Below, piece by piece: positions 1 through 10,721 of a stretch of 64,000 bases of DNA; within the stretch, counting starts at the first letter, position 1; every line of letters begins with the position of its first letter. Origin of the DNA: a virus; IMG/VR virus record IMGVR_UViG_3300031521_000001; one strand, written 5' to 3'. The position numbers and the translations under genes were made by a program. The notes beneath the pieces were generated by a model that was given only the letters and a program-made list of their open reading frames with translations, was not told the DNA's origin and made no database searches.

Positions 1-165
1 TGTGCCTGTTACAAGTGCGCTATTGTCATTCTTTTTATATACAGTATATTTAGAATTAAAAACACTATGAGTATTTCCAACACTTGTATTGTTTAATTGC
101 TGTGTAATTGAATCCCTATTTGTTTGACTATCAAACAGAAAATCCATTTCAGAATAATGTGCCAT
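1..165 (-). CDS. hypothetical protein, partial (runs off window start)
   Basis: ATG at 165, open frame MAHYSEMDFLFDSQTNRD... to the window edge; TATATA late-type motif just upstream. Confidence 0.6.
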   Translation of the reverse strand, partial: MAHYSEMDFLFDSQTNRDSITQQLNNTSVGNTHSVFNSKYTVYKKNDNSALVTGT

Positions 166-215
166 CTTTGTTTATATATTTTTCTCTTATATATAAAAAA
201 AACTTCTGTTGAATA

Positions 216-617
216 TTAATAATCTCTAATTATTTGAATTGAGTCAAATAAAGAAATGCTTGATAGTAAATCGTCAAATAGTTTTTGATTGTCTTTGAAA
301 TCTTCATAAAAAAACAATAAGTTGAAATTTATTTTTCCTATTAAATTTTCTTTTATTTGAAAAATGTCATCAATTTCCAATGTGGTTATTTTATGTAAAT
401 TAGGAATATAATATACATCTTTACTTTTTCTTATTGTTTGAGATATCTTTGTGTAAATTATGAGATTAAAATATTCCTTCCATTCATTTACATCCTCTAA
501 ACCATGATCATCAAGTTGCTGTCTGATGTCTATTATAGTTTTGTTACGAATTTTATTGATTTTTATATATTTATCAAGTTTTTTTCTATTTTTCACGAAC
601 ACTATGTAGAATTCCAT
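216..617 (-). CDS. hypothetical protein
   Basis: 133-aa ORF with normal composition for this genome. Confidence 0.7.
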   Translation of the reverse strand: MEFYIVFVKNRKKLDKYIKINKIRNKTIIDIRQQLDDHGLEDVNEWKEYFNLIIYTKISQTIRKSKDVYYIPNLHKITTLEIDDIFQIKENLIGKINFNLLFFYEDFKDNQKLFDDLLSSISLFDSIQIIRDY

Positions 618-872
618 AAATCTTATAATATTAATTTTGAATTATATATATTTTCATGTAGGTTCAATTTAAAAATAATATACTAATATATTTAAAACTT
701 TTGTCGTTTTTGTGTATAAAATTAATACATATATTAGTATTTTGATTTGAATATACTGTGTATGTAATTATAATTAATCAATTTATGAATAATAAATATA
801 TTATAAAAAACTTTTTATGTACTTTTTCTTATAATATTTGATTTTTATAATCAAAAAAATAATTAATTAAAG

Positions 873-2117
873 ATGGCAAAAAAAACCGCACAAACTTCTC
901 AAAAAAATAGTTTTAATTTTTCTAATATTTCTGGATTGATAGATACTATGTCAAAGAAAGAAATTATCTCAATTGAGGATTTTGAAAAAGAAAAAAGCTT
1001 TATTTCAACTGGAGTTTATATTTTAGATGCACTTTTATCTAAAAGTATTCTACATGGAGGGATATCTAATAATAGAATAACTCTATTAGCTGGACCAAAA
1101 CAAACAGGTAAATCTTTTCTTTCTCTTAATATAGCAAGAAATGCTCAGAAATTAGGATATAATATTGTATGGATTGATACTGAGTTTTCTATTGAAAAAT
1201 CTGATTTTGATATGTATGGAATTAATACATCTGATTCAAATACTTTTATGTTAATTAGAACTAATATTGTGGAGAAAATTAAAATGTTTATGACATCAAT
1301 GTTAGATGATATGACAAAATTGAAAGAAAAAGGAATGGATGTTTCAAAAACAATTTTCTTTTTAGATTCTATTGGTATGTTATCATCAGAAAAAGAAAAA
1401 GCTGATACTCTTAAATTAGATATTAAACAAGATATGACACGTGCAAAACAAATTAAATCTCTTGTTAGACTTATTACAAATGATTTAGGATTTGTAGGAG
1501 TACCATTAGTGGCAACAAATCATATTTATTTGACACAAGATATGTTTCCTCAAACTATTATGTCAGGTGGAGAAGGACTATATTACGCTGCTAGTAGTAT
1601 TGTTTTTTTAAGTGATGCAAAATTGAAAACTGGAGAAGAAGATGAAATGGATTTAGGTCGTTCTGGTTCTATTATAACTGCAAAAGCAGGTAAAAATAGA
1701 TTGGCAAAACCAAAGAAAGTTAAGTTTGAAATTGATCACACCAAAGGTATCAATCCATTTAAAGGATTAGATTTATTCTGTACTCCTGAGAATTTCAGTA
1801 AGATTGGAATTGCAAAAGTCAAACCAGTTTTAAATAAAGAAACAGGTGAAATAACTTATCAGCCAACAAATAGATGGTATGTTAAACATTTGGATAAATC
1901 AGTTGCAGCAACCCAATTATTTAACAGAAAGGTATTTACTCAAGATGTATTAGAAAAAATGGAACCAATTATTTATGATTATTTCAAATATCCTTCATAT
2001 GAAGAATGTATGAAAGATTTAGAAGAAATGGATGAAAGATTAAATGAAATTGAAGATAAAGATATGATAACTTCAGATGAATTTGATATTGATTCTGATG
2101 AAACATTATTTACTTAA
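873..2117 (+). CDS. uvsX: UvsX/RecA-like recombinase
   Basis: ISTG..LDALL, Walker A GPKQTGKS, WIDTE, FFLDSIGML, DMTRAK, NHIY, SGGEG motifs; next to the helicase as in T4-like phages. Confidence 0.9.
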   Translation: MAKKTAQTSQKNSFNFSNISGLIDTMSKKEIISIEDFEKEKSFISTGVYILDALLSKSILHGGISNNRITLLAGPKQTGKSFLSLNIARNAQKLGYNIVWIDTEFSIEKSDFDMYGINTSDSNTFMLIRTNIVEKIKMFMTSMLDDMTKLKEKGMDVSKTIFFLDSIGMLSSEKEKADTLKLDIKQDMTRAKQIKSLVRLITNDLGFVGVPLVATNHIYLTQDMFPQTIMSGGEGLYYAASSIVFLSDAKLKTGEEDEMDLGRSGSIITAKAGKNRLAKPKKVKFEIDHTKGINPFKGLDLFCTPENFSKIGIAKVKPVLNKETGEITYQPTNRWYVKHLDKSVAATQLFNRKVFTQDVLEKMEPIIYDYFKYPSYEECMKDLEEMDERLNEIEDKDMITSDEFDIDSDETLFT

Positions 2118-2184
2118 ATACAAATAATAATTAAAAAATAGAAAATAAATAAACAATAATTAAATTTTAATATAATACTTTTAT

Positions 2185-3525
2185 ATGGCAGATACAACAA
2201 ACACAAACATGGAAAAACATTACTTTGTTCATATTTTGGTCAATCCTGATCAGTTTTCCAAAGTAGAACCTTTTTTCTTTAGAAATTCGGATATACAATT
2301 TATTTACACCGTAATAAGAGAAGAGTATATTAAAAGTGAAAGTCATAGTGTACCTAGTTCTCAGCAAATTTATTCTATGGTTAAATTAGCTGATTCAGAT
2401 AATAAAGTAAATGATAAAGTAATAAAGATACTTCTTCAATCCGATAACAGTGATTTCAGTCCAGAATGGTTACTTCCTATGTTTAAAGGTTGGAAAATTC
2501 AAAACCAATTAAAAGGAGATGTACTTAAAAGTATTGATATGGTTAGAGGCATTGAAGAAGTGAATTATGATAATGCTCTTGAAATCGCTCAAAAAATGAA
2601 AGGTATGTTTTCAAATGTACTTATGGTTGATGATGATGATGATGATTTAGGATCAGATTTTGATGATCCAGAATCTCATAAACAAATGGTATCAAAGAAT
2701 TGTATACCATCAGGATGGCCATGTATAGATAATATATTAGGAGGAGGATGGAGTAAATCTACTTTTAATGTAATTATGGGTGAGACAAATGTTGGAAAAT
2801 CAATGTGGTTACATAATATAGCTACAAATGCTGCAAATGCAGGAACAAATGTTTTGCTCATTACATTAGAAATGGCAACTAGGAAAGTAATGAAAAGATT
2901 AGGTTCAATGAGACTTAAAATTAACGTAGATGAATATGATGAGAAATCAAAAGATACATCTTATATGAAACACAAATTAAATAATATTAAATCTCAATCT
3001 TCTGTTGGAGGATTGTTTGATTCACAACCAGGTAAAATATTTGTAAAAAAATATAATACTAGTGATTGTACAGTAACTGATATTGATAATTATATTAAAA
3101 AATTCGAAGAAGTTAAAAGAATTAAAGTTGGAATGGTGATTGTGGATTATATAAATATTATGTCAATTGAAAAAGGATTTGATATTTCAAGTATGTTATA
3201 TCTTAAAGGTAAACATTTAGCAGAAGGATTAAGACGTATTGCTGATAAATATGAATGCGCGGTTATCACAGCAACACAAACAGATAAAAGTGTTTGGGGA
3301 GCATCTGATATCAATCTTGCTGCTATACCAGAAAGTAAAGCGATTGCTGATACAGCAGATTCAGTTTGGGGTATTATTAGAAATCCAGAAATGAAAAGAA
3401 ACAATATATACAGGCTTAAAATATTAAAATTGAGAGATGGTGAACATCATGAAGAACAAGTGAGATTTGATTTTAATACAAAATATTTAACCATGGAGAA
3501 TGATGTTTTAATAGGAGCTAAATAA
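2185..3525 (+). CDS. DnaB-family replicative helicase (T4 gp41-like)
   Basis: Walker A GETNVGKS, ITLEM, VIVDYINIM, TATQT, ESKAIADTAD, LKLRDG. Confidence 0.9.
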   Translation: MADTTNTNMEKHYFVHILVNPDQFSKVEPFFFRNSDIQFIYTVIREEYIKSESHSVPSSQQIYSMVKLADSDNKVNDKVIKILLQSDNSDFSPEWLLPMFKGWKIQNQLKGDVLKSIDMVRGIEEVNYDNALEIAQKMKGMFSNVLMVDDDDDDLGSDFDDPESHKQMVSKNCIPSGWPCIDNILGGGWSKSTFNVIMGETNVGKSMWLHNIATNAANAGTNVLLITLEMATRKVMKRLGSMRLKINVDEYDEKSKDTSYMKHKLNNIKSQSSVGGLFDSQPGKIFVKKYNTSDCTVTDIDNYIKKFEEVKRIKVGMVIVDYINIMSIEKGFDISSMLYLKGKHLAEGLRRIADKYECAVITATQTDKSVWGASDINLAAIPESKAIADTADSVWGIIRNPEMKRNNIYRLKILKLRDGEHHEEQVRFDFNTKYLTMENDVLIGAK

Positions 3526-4250
3526 TGAGCAAACGATTAAATACTGAAATGTTTATAGAAAGATCAAATAAAATTCATAATTATTATTATACATATTCAA
3601 ATACTGAATATGTAAATAATAAGATAGAAGTAGAAATTTTATGTAACATTCATGGTATTTTTTATCAAAGACCAGATTCTCATCTTAGAGGAATAGGATG
3701 TATAAAATGCGGAACAGAAAGAAGCAAAATAAATCAAAGTAAAGATATAAAAATAGTTATTGAGGATTTTAATAAATATCACAATTTTAAATATGATTAT
3801 AGTTTAATTGAAAATGATTATAAAAATGCTCACACTAAAGTGAATATTATTTGTAAAAAATGCGGTAATATTTTTTATCAAACTCCTGATACACATTTAA
3901 GGTGTGGTTGTCCTAGATGTAGAGAATCAAAAGGTGAAATATTAATTAACGATTTTCTATTAGAAAATAATATAAATTATGAGAGACAAAAGAAGTTTGA
4001 TGGCTGTATTTATAAGTCTGCTCTATTTTTTGATTTTTATTTAATAGATTATAATATTTGTATAGAATATGATGGACTTCAACATTATAAAGAAATTGAA
4101 AGATTTGGAGGTAAGTCACAATTTATAATATCTAAAAAAAGAGATAAAATAAAAAATAACTTTTGTGATAAAAATAATATAATATTAATAAGAATAAAAT
4201 ATGATGAAGATATTACTGAAAAATTAATTTTTATAATAAATAATAAATAA
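3525..4250 (+). CDS. free-standing homing endonuclease (Cys/His repeats plus Vsr/PD-(D/E)XK-like C-terminus)
   Basis: Two CxxHG/CxxC repeat modules, ESKGE, FDFYL..ICIEYDGLQH, DKIKNNFC. Confidence 0.75.
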   Translation: MSKRLNTEMFIERSNKIHNYYYTYSNTEYVNNKIEVEILCNIHGIFYQRPDSHLRGIGCIKCGTERSKINQSKDIKIVIEDFNKYHNFKYDYSLIENDYKNAHTKVNIICKKCGNIFYQTPDTHLRCGCPRCRESKGEILINDFLLENNINYERQKKFDGCIYKSALFFDFYLIDYNICIEYDGLQHYKEIERFGGKSQFIISKKRDKIKNNFCDKNNIILIRIKYDEDITEKLIFIINNK

Positions 4251-4260
4251 TAAATAATAA

Positions 4261-4968
4261 ATGAAAAACAATAAAAAGATTGATGATGATTTAGATGATG
4301 ATTTAGATAATGAATCTACTGAAGAATTGGAAGAAGAATTGGAAGAAGACTTGGAAGATGATTTGAATCTATTAGATGAAAATTTGGATGTTTCATCTGA
4401 TGATGATTCTACTTCTGTTGAAGATGATGAAGATGATGAAGATGATATTGATATAATGGTTAAATTTAACACTAATAATCATAAGCTTGAAGGTAAACAT
4501 GCATTATCAAGAGATACTATATTTAAAGGTAAAGTTGAAGATAACGCAGATCAGCAAGAGTATGATTATAATATTAATCAACAAGAAGATTTTAATTTAA
4601 ATGATGGATTACCAATAGAAGCTGGATCATCTTATGAATTTGAAAGTAAACATTATGAAGATTATATAGATAGATTAAATCTTCAAAGAGATATTTATAC
4701 TTTACTTAATGATAAAACAGATTTGGACTTTTCATCCAATAGAAGAAAACCAAACAAACAAGCATTTAATGACTATTATAAAATGCTATTAAATAATATT
4801 GGTAAGGAATATAGTAAATCTGAAATATTTGTAGAACTATCATATTATTTCACAGATAATATATTTAATATGTTTAAATTATTAGATAAAGAATATGCAA
4901 CACATATAATAGTAGAACTAAAACAACGTGGGTATTTAACAAACCTAAATAATATAAATTTTATATAA
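4261..4968 (+). CDS. hypothetical protein with very acidic N-terminus
   Basis: 235 aa, D/E tract over the first ~65 residues. Confidence 0.75.
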   Translation: MKNNKKIDDDLDDDLDNESTEELEEELEEDLEDDLNLLDENLDVSSDDDSTSVEDDEDDEDDIDIMVKFNTNNHKLEGKHALSRDTIFKGKVEDNADQQEYDYNINQQEDFNLNDGLPIEAGSSYEFESKHYEDYIDRLNLQRDIYTLLNDKTDLDFSSNRRKPNKQAFNDYYKMLLNNIGKEYSKSEIFVELSYYFTDNIFNMFKLLDKEYATHIIVELKQRGYLTNLNNINFI

Positions 4969-4988
4969 TAAAAACAAAAATAAATAAC

Positions 4989-7547
4989 ATGAATTTTAAA
5001 AGAGAAGACGCATTTGATGCATCATTAAAATATTTCAAGGGTGATACATTAGCCTCTGATGTTTGGGTAAATAAGTATGCATTAAAAGATACCGCAGATA
5101 ACGATACTGTTTATTATGAACTGACTCCTAATGATATGCACAGAAGATTATCAAAAGAGATATATAGAATAGAATTAAAATATCAAAATCCATTATCTGA
5201 AGATTTTATATTTGATTTGATAAAGGATTTTAAATATATTATACCACAAGGCTCACCAATGTCTGGAATTGGTAATGATAACCAGGTTGTGTCAATATCT
5301 AATTGCTTTGTGATTGGAAATCCTGCAGATTCTTATGGATCAATTATGCAAGTTGATGAAGAACAAATTCAATTAATGAAAAGACGTGGAGGAGTTGGAC
5401 ATGATCTTTCACATATTAGACCAGCAGGAATGCCAGTTAAAAATTCTGCTTTGACATCAACAGGATTGGTTCCATTTATGAGTAGATATTCAAATTCTAC
5501 TAATGAAGTGGCTCAAGGAGGAAGAAGAGGAGCATTGATGCTATCTTGTTCTGTTCTTCATCCTGATTCTGAAGCATTTATAGATGCTAAACTAGAACAA
5601 GGAAAAGTAACAGGAGCAAATATATCAATTAAATTGACAGATGAATTTATGAAAGCTTCAATTAATTCTGGTATGTTTACTCAATTGTTTCCAATAGATT
5701 CTGATACACCATTGATTACAAAACAAATTGATGCTAATAAACTTTGGAAAAAAATTATTCATAATGCATGGAAATCAGCAGAACCTGGTATATTATTCTG
5801 GGATACTGTTATGAGAGAATCTGTTCCTGATTGTTATCAACAGCATGGTTTTAAGACAGTTAGTACAAATCCTTGTGGCGAAATAACTTTGTGTCCATAT
5901 GATAGTTGTCGTTTGCTTGCTATAAATCTATATAGTTATGTAGTAAATCCTTTCACCAAGGATGCATATTTTGATTGGGATTTGTTTAAAGAACATATAA
6001 TTTATGCTGAAAGATTTATGGACGATATTGTTGATTTGGAACTTGAAAAAATCGATAAGATTTTGGAGAAAATTGAGCAAGATTCAGAACCTGAAAATAC
6101 TAAAAGAGTTGAAAGAGAAACTTGGATTAAAATTAAAAATATGACTATTAAAGGTCGTAGAACAGGTTTAGGCGTGACTGCTGAAGGAGATATGTTAGCC
6201 GCTCTTGGTTTGATTTATGGAACATCAGAAGCAACAGAATTTTCAACAGAAGTTCACAAAAATTTGGCTATATGTGCATATAAATCTTCTGCTATAATGG
6301 CAAAAGAAAGAGGCTCATTTCCAATTTATGATTATGATAGTGAAATCAACAATCCATTTGTACAAAGATTGAAAGATTTAGATCCTGAATTGGATAATAT
6401 GCTGAAAGAATATGGTAGGAGAAATATCGCACTACTCACGATTGCACCAACTGGCTCAGTTTCAATTTTAACTCAAACTACATCAGGTATAGAGCCAGCA
6501 TATAAAGTGTCATACAAGAGAAGAAGAAAGATAAACCCAAGTGACAAAAATGCTCGTGTTGACTTTGTTGATGCAGAAGGACAAAAATGGGAAGAATATT
6601 ATGTGTTTCATAAGAAATTTGAAGTATGGTTGGAAATCAATGGATATAATGTTGATGAAGTTAAATTGATGAAAGACTCAGAATTAAAGCCAATTATAGA
6701 AAAATCACCATATCATAAAGCAACAGCTAATGATGTGAATTGGGTTGAAAAAGTTAAAATGCAAGGTAGTATTCAGAAATTTGTTGATCATTCTATTTCA
6801 GTAACAGTGAATTTGCCAAATAACGTAACAGAAGAAATAGTTTCAAAAGTTTATGAAACAGGATGGAGAAGTGGTTGTAAAGGTATTACTGTTTATCGTG
6901 ATGGATCAAGAGAAGGAGTTATTATGTCAAACGAAGGCACTACACAAAATGTAGTATCAGAATCAGGTGAAAATAATGCTAGAAAACGTCCAAAAAAATT
7001 AGAATGTGATGTAGTTAGATTTACAAACAAAGGTGAAAAATGGATTGGATTTTTAGGATTAGATGTAGATGATAAAGGTGAAAAATATCCTTATGAATTA
7101 TTTACTGGTGTCGCTGATGCATTTCTTATTCCTATAAATGTAGAAAAAGGTGAGATTGTTAGAATTAAATCTGAACCAAAGAATGGAGAAGAAGGTAAAA
7201 GTAGATATGACTTTGTGTATAAAGATAAAGATGGCTATAATGTAACTATGGAAGGCTTGAATAGAGCATTTAATAGAGAATTATGGAATACAAGTAAATT
7301 GCTATCAGCTTTCTTGAGACATAGAATTCATTTACCAAGTGTTATTCACCTCATAGATACATTAGAAATGACAGATAATGCTGTATTTGGTACATGGAAG
7401 AGTGGAGTAAAAAGAATAATTAAGAAATATATTAATTCTGTTGTAGTTGGAGAAAAATGTCCAAATTGTGGAGCAACTGGAGACGATTTAGTTTATGAGA
7501 ATGGCTGCAGGACCTGCAAGGCATGTGGTTTTTCTAAATGTGACTGA
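4989..7547 (+). CDS. nrdJ: adenosylcobalamin-dependent (class II) ribonucleotide reductase
   Basis: SNCFV, GGRRGALM, TNPCGEI, RRTGLG, TIAPTG, TTSGIEP, KGITVYRDGSR, C-terminal CxxC..CxxC; no small subunit adjacent. Confidence 0.88.
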   Translation: MNFKREDAFDASLKYFKGDTLASDVWVNKYALKDTADNDTVYYELTPNDMHRRLSKEIYRIELKYQNPLSEDFIFDLIKDFKYIIPQGSPMSGIGNDNQVVSISNCFVIGNPADSYGSIMQVDEEQIQLMKRRGGVGHDLSHIRPAGMPVKNSALTSTGLVPFMSRYSNSTNEVAQGGRRGALMLSCSVLHPDSEAFIDAKLEQGKVTGANISIKLTDEFMKASINSGMFTQLFPIDSDTPLITKQIDANKLWKKIIHNAWKSAEPGILFWDTVMRESVPDCYQQHGFKTVSTNPCGEITLCPYDSCRLLAINLYSYVVNPFTKDAYFDWDLFKEHIIYAERFMDDIVDLELEKIDKILEKIEQDSEPENTKRVERETWIKIKNMTIKGRRTGLGVTAEGDMLAALGLIYGTSEATEFSTEVHKNLAICAYKSSAIMAKERGSFPIYDYDSEINNPFVQRLKDLDPELDNMLKEYGRRNIALLTIAPTGSVSILTQTTSGIEPAYKVSYKRRRKINPSDKNARVDFVDAEGQKWEEYYVFHKKFEVWLEINGYNVDEVKLMKDSELKPIIEKSPYHKATANDVNWVEKVKMQGSIQKFVDHSISVTVNLPNNVTEEIVSKVYETGWRSGCKGITVYRDGSREGVIMSNEGTTQNVVSESGENNARKRPKKLECDVVRFTNKGEKWIGFLGLDVDDKGEKYPYELFTGVADAFLIPINVEKGEIVRIKSEPKNGEEGKSRYDFVYKDKDGYNVTMEGLNRAFNRELWNTSKLLSAFLRHRIHLPSVIHLIDTLEMTDNAVFGTWKSGVKRIIKKYINSVVVGEKCPNCGATGDDLVYENGCRTCKACGFSKCD

Positions 7548-7651
7548 TAATAAGATAGTTACATAATAAATTAACATGAATCCACATATTTATCTAATAG
7601 ATAGATGTGTGGATTTGTTGTAAAAATTTAGTTCCTTGATATATTAATTCA

Positions 7652-7685
7652 AAAAAAAGCTGCTAATTAAATTAGCAGCTTTTTA
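7652..7685. terminator. bidirectional intrinsic terminator between convergent nrdJ and AAA genes
   Basis: AAAAAGCTGCTAATT-A-AATTAGCAGCTTTTT inverted repeat; a second 17-bp hairpin lies at 7579-7615. Confidence 0.75.
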
Positions 7686-7704
7686 TTTATATATTTAATG
7701 ATAA

Positions 7705-8973
7705 TTATTTTTTATCATCATCATCATCAACATGTTTGAAGATGGTGTCTCTGAATTTATTGAACCTCTTATCTGCTAAGAACTTTTCAGTTGTCTTATT
7801 AGGTTTTGAGTCCTCAGATAATGTATATTCAGTATCAAGAACATGAAGTAAATAACCAATAACTTCATCATCTGAAATTGTACCAAGAAATTTAACAAGA
7901 TTTTCAAGTTGTTTAGGTTTCAATACTGAAACACTACGTTCCTTCATATTTGCAAGAAGTTCAGATTTCTTATCACGATTGAAGTTTTTTACATCATCAA
8001 GAATATCATCAAAACGATCAAGTACATCATCAAGAGTTATTCTTAGAGTATCTTCACAATATCTAACAAATGGTGCATTTGACGCTCCAATGTAACCATG
8101 TCCAATTTCTTTTATTTCGTCAATCCAAACACGAATATTTGGAAATTTCTTAATCATCACTGTTTTTCCGCCTGCATCTTTTACTACATTACCAGAAATA
8201 TCTGTTTTTTCAACATATTCTCCATGATTTTCAAAAATGTAATCACTTAAAAATGTCCAAGAACGAGGGGTTGCATAAGCTTTGTTCGTTTTGTTGGTTG
8301 TGTTCCTTTGATCAGGTTTCTTGTAATAATGTTCTGTGTGAGTTTTTAAGAATTGAACAATTACAGGAGCAACATTTTTACTTGCATATTGATCAACCCA
8401 TTCTGGAAATGGCATAGTGTGCTCAATGTGAATTAAACGATTGTTAAGAGCTTGATCAAATTCTTCTACATCTGTACCATCTTCTTCTCCAAGATTACCT
8501 GAAGAACACATAAGTACATTTGAATTAAATGCGAAAAATGCACCAATCTCTCTTTCAAGTAAGATTTGAAGAGCTGCATTTCGTACTGCAAGAGTAGAAC
8601 GGTTCAATTCTTCAAAGTGAATAATAGTTGGTTTGTCATTAGCCTTATATGCCCATTTAGGTGCAACGTGAGCCAACATTCTTTGTGAAACTCCATCAAT
8701 CACTTCTTCATCTAATGATGGATATAACCCAACGTCTGTTTCATCAATCATTGATAATCGAATATCAAAATATTGATAACCAATTTTTCCAGCAATGGAT
8801 CTCATAATTGCTGATTTTGCATATCCAGGAGCGGAAGTTATAAAAAGAACACCACTTTTAGAATTCATCATCTTAAAGTACTTTTTTTCTCTACTTGATA
8901 GAGCTTCATAACCTTCTGGAAATCTGTTCGCTGGTGTCATTGTTACACCTTTACCCAAGTTTTTTTCTGACAT
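7705..8973 (-). CDS. MoxR-type AAA+ ATPase
   Basis: Walker A-like SAPGYAKS, DIRLS..ETDVG, HFEELNR, NAALQILLER, DQALNNRL, ATPRSW. Confidence 0.85.
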   Translation of the reverse strand: MSEKNLGKGVTMTPANRFPEGYEALSSREKKYFKMMNSKSGVLFITSAPGYAKSAIMRSIAGKIGYQYFDIRLSMIDETDVGLYPSLDEEVIDGVSQRMLAHVAPKWAYKANDKPTIIHFEELNRSTLAVRNAALQILLEREIGAFFAFNSNVLMCSSGNLGEEDGTDVEEFDQALNNRLIHIEHTMPFPEWVDQYASKNVAPVIVQFLKTHTEHYYKKPDQRNTTNKTNKAYATPRSWTFLSDYIFENHGEYVEKTDISGNVVKDAGGKTVMIKKFPNIRVWIDEIKEIGHGYIGASNAPFVRYCEDTLRITLDDVLDRFDDILDDVKNFNRDKKSELLANMKERSVSVLKPKQLENLVKFLGTISDDEVIGYLLHVLDTEYTLSEDSKPNKTTEKFLADKRFNKFRDTIFKHVDDDDDKK

Positions 8974-9038
8974 AATTAATTCAATTTACTATTTGTTATT
9001 GTTTTATTTAATTGATAATTTTATTTTTTAATACACTA

Positions 9039-9046
9039 CAAAGATA
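9039..9046 (-). promoter_or_regulatory. Bacteroidota-type -7 promoter element (TATCTTTG) upstream of the AAA ATPase
   Basis: Matches TAnnTTTG; same motif on the minus strand at 10587, 13346, 14706, 42496 and 55298. Confidence 0.6.
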
Positions 9047-9085
9047 CAACTTATTTTTGATATAAAAAAACATTTTTGAAGTTTT

Positions 9086-10201
9086 TTATTGAATATTTTC
9101 ATATTCTTCATTTTTAGTATCTTCTTTATTATTTTCAACTTCTAATTCAGTTATAGTATCAATAGATAGTTCATTTTTTTTATCATCAACATCTGTTTCT
9201 TCTTTTTCGGTTTCTTCTTTTTCGGTTTCTGCTAATTTTTTTAGAAATTCTTGAGTTTTAGCATCCTTAGCTTCTTTAAAAATTGGAACCAAATAATCAA
9301 TTGTATATTCAAATTTTTCGGTTTCATTTTTATATTTCCAATCTTTTACTGATTTGAAATCAATGTCATATAATAATGATAATATATCATAGTCTGATTT
9401 GAAATCTGGTATTATATCATCATGTTCTATTTTCACAACATTTTCAGTTTCAATCATTGTGTTCTGAAATCTCAATGTTGCAGTATATGAATAATCATTG
9501 TTGTCAGTTAAATATACATTAACCCTATCTTTTTCCAATGATAATATTTCAATTCTGCAAACATACGGTATATCATTTATTTTTATCCATGTTTCAGGAT
9601 TTACTAAGTTTCCAATTATTTTTTGAAATTCAACGTCAAAAGAAAAATCTCGTTTTTCATATTCAATTATACTTTCAAAATACTCTTTTAAAAGTTTAAT
9701 TAAGTCATTTTCATATGCCATTATTGCATCTGTTCTGGACTTGACTTTATCTTCTATCTGTTTAGTGTACTCACCCCATAACTCTTTCTGGTGTTCAGCA
9801 TGTTCTTTCTGTTTAGCTTCTTGATAAGCTTCAGGATTATTTTTATATAATAGTGAGTCTTTAACTTCCAATATTCTATATTCTTCCTTGATGCTATCAA
9901 TAAAAACTGAAAAATCTAAATTTTTAGACATTTTCAAATTCAATTTTTCAGATAAATCATTTATATCAGTTTCATCTGTAAAATATATTGATGGAGCGAA
10001 TTTTTCAATTTTAACCGAACATTGATTAACCAATTCTTCTGCAATTTTTAATGTCGAAAATTCTAATGTTTCTAAATTTAAGTCTTTCCCATTTCTAATC
10101 ATGTAAATTAGATTTCCATTTGGCTCAGTGGTTGGTACTATGTGATAATTATACTCTACATCTTCTGAAAATAAAGATAATAATCTTTCTTTGTTGGTCA
10201 T
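9086..10201 (-). CDS. hypothetical protein
   Basis: 371-aa ORF with acidic C-terminus. Confidence 0.75.
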   Translation of the reverse strand: MTNKERLLSLFSEDVEYNYHIVPTTEPNGNLIYMIRNGKDLNLETLEFSTLKIAEELVNQCSVKIEKFAPSIYFTDETDINDLSEKLNLKMSKNLDFSVFIDSIKEEYRILEVKDSLLYKNNPEAYQEAKQKEHAEHQKELWGEYTKQIEDKVKSRTDAIMAYENDLIKLLKEYFESIIEYEKRDFSFDVEFQKIIGNLVNPETWIKINDIPYVCRIEILSLEKDRVNVYLTDNNDYSYTATLRFQNTMIETENVVKIEHDDIIPDFKSDYDILSLLYDIDFKSVKDWKYKNETEKFEYTIDYLVPIFKEAKDAKTQEFLKKLAETEKEETEKEETDVDDKKNELSIDTITELEVENNKEDTKNEEYENIQ

Positions 10202-10202
10202 A

Positions 10203-10385
10203 TTATTTTTTTTGTTTTTTGAATAATAATTTTGTGTGAATTTTGCTTATATATTCAATATAATTTTTTCCTGTTATGATATAAGGAATTGTAGTGAATA
10301 TGGCTGATATGAAGCATACTATTATTACAGTAATCCATAATATACTCTCATATAATCTATATGAGTATTTTTTTATGTATTCCAT
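10203..10385 (-). CDS. small membrane protein
   Basis: 60 aa with one hydrophobic segment; abuts the next gene. Confidence 0.55.
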   Translation of the reverse strand: MEYIKKYSYRLYESILWITVIIVCFISAIFTTIPYIITGKNYIEYISKIHTKLLFKKQKK

Positions 10386-10387
10386 AA

Positions 10388-10567
10388 TTATATTTTTTTA
10401 TGTTTTATTGAGTAATAAAAAGAATAAGGGAAAATTATTAAATTCATTATGAATGAAATAATTAGATTATAGAATTTTTTACCTAATCTACCCATTTTGC
10501 TTGTTCTGTATGAACAATATATTGCCCATATTATTGCTAATGCTAAATATATTATTATATAAATCAT
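10388..10567 (-). CDS. small two-TM membrane protein (not in ORF track)
   Basis: MIYIIIYLALAIIWAIYCSY...FYYSIKHKKI, 59 aa, directly downstream of a TACTTTTG element. Confidence 0.55.
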   Translation of the reverse strand: MIYIIIYLALAIIWAIYCSYRTSKMGRLGKKFYNLIISFIMNLIIFPYSFYYSIKHKKI

Positions 10568-10721
10568 GTTCTATTTTTTTGTATTACAAAAGTAATAAAA
10601 AAAATTGATATTTCATAGGATATAATGAATTATTTTTAAAAAAGATAAAATTAAGGCTTAGGAGGAACAACAAATATTTATATATAGACTATAATAAAAT
10701 AAATAAATAAATTAACATATT

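Noticed and set aside
873-7547. Inteins or introns in UvsX, helicase or NrdJ
   Set aside because: Lengths and motif spacing are normal, with no intein splice motifs. The nearby endonuclease is free-standing.
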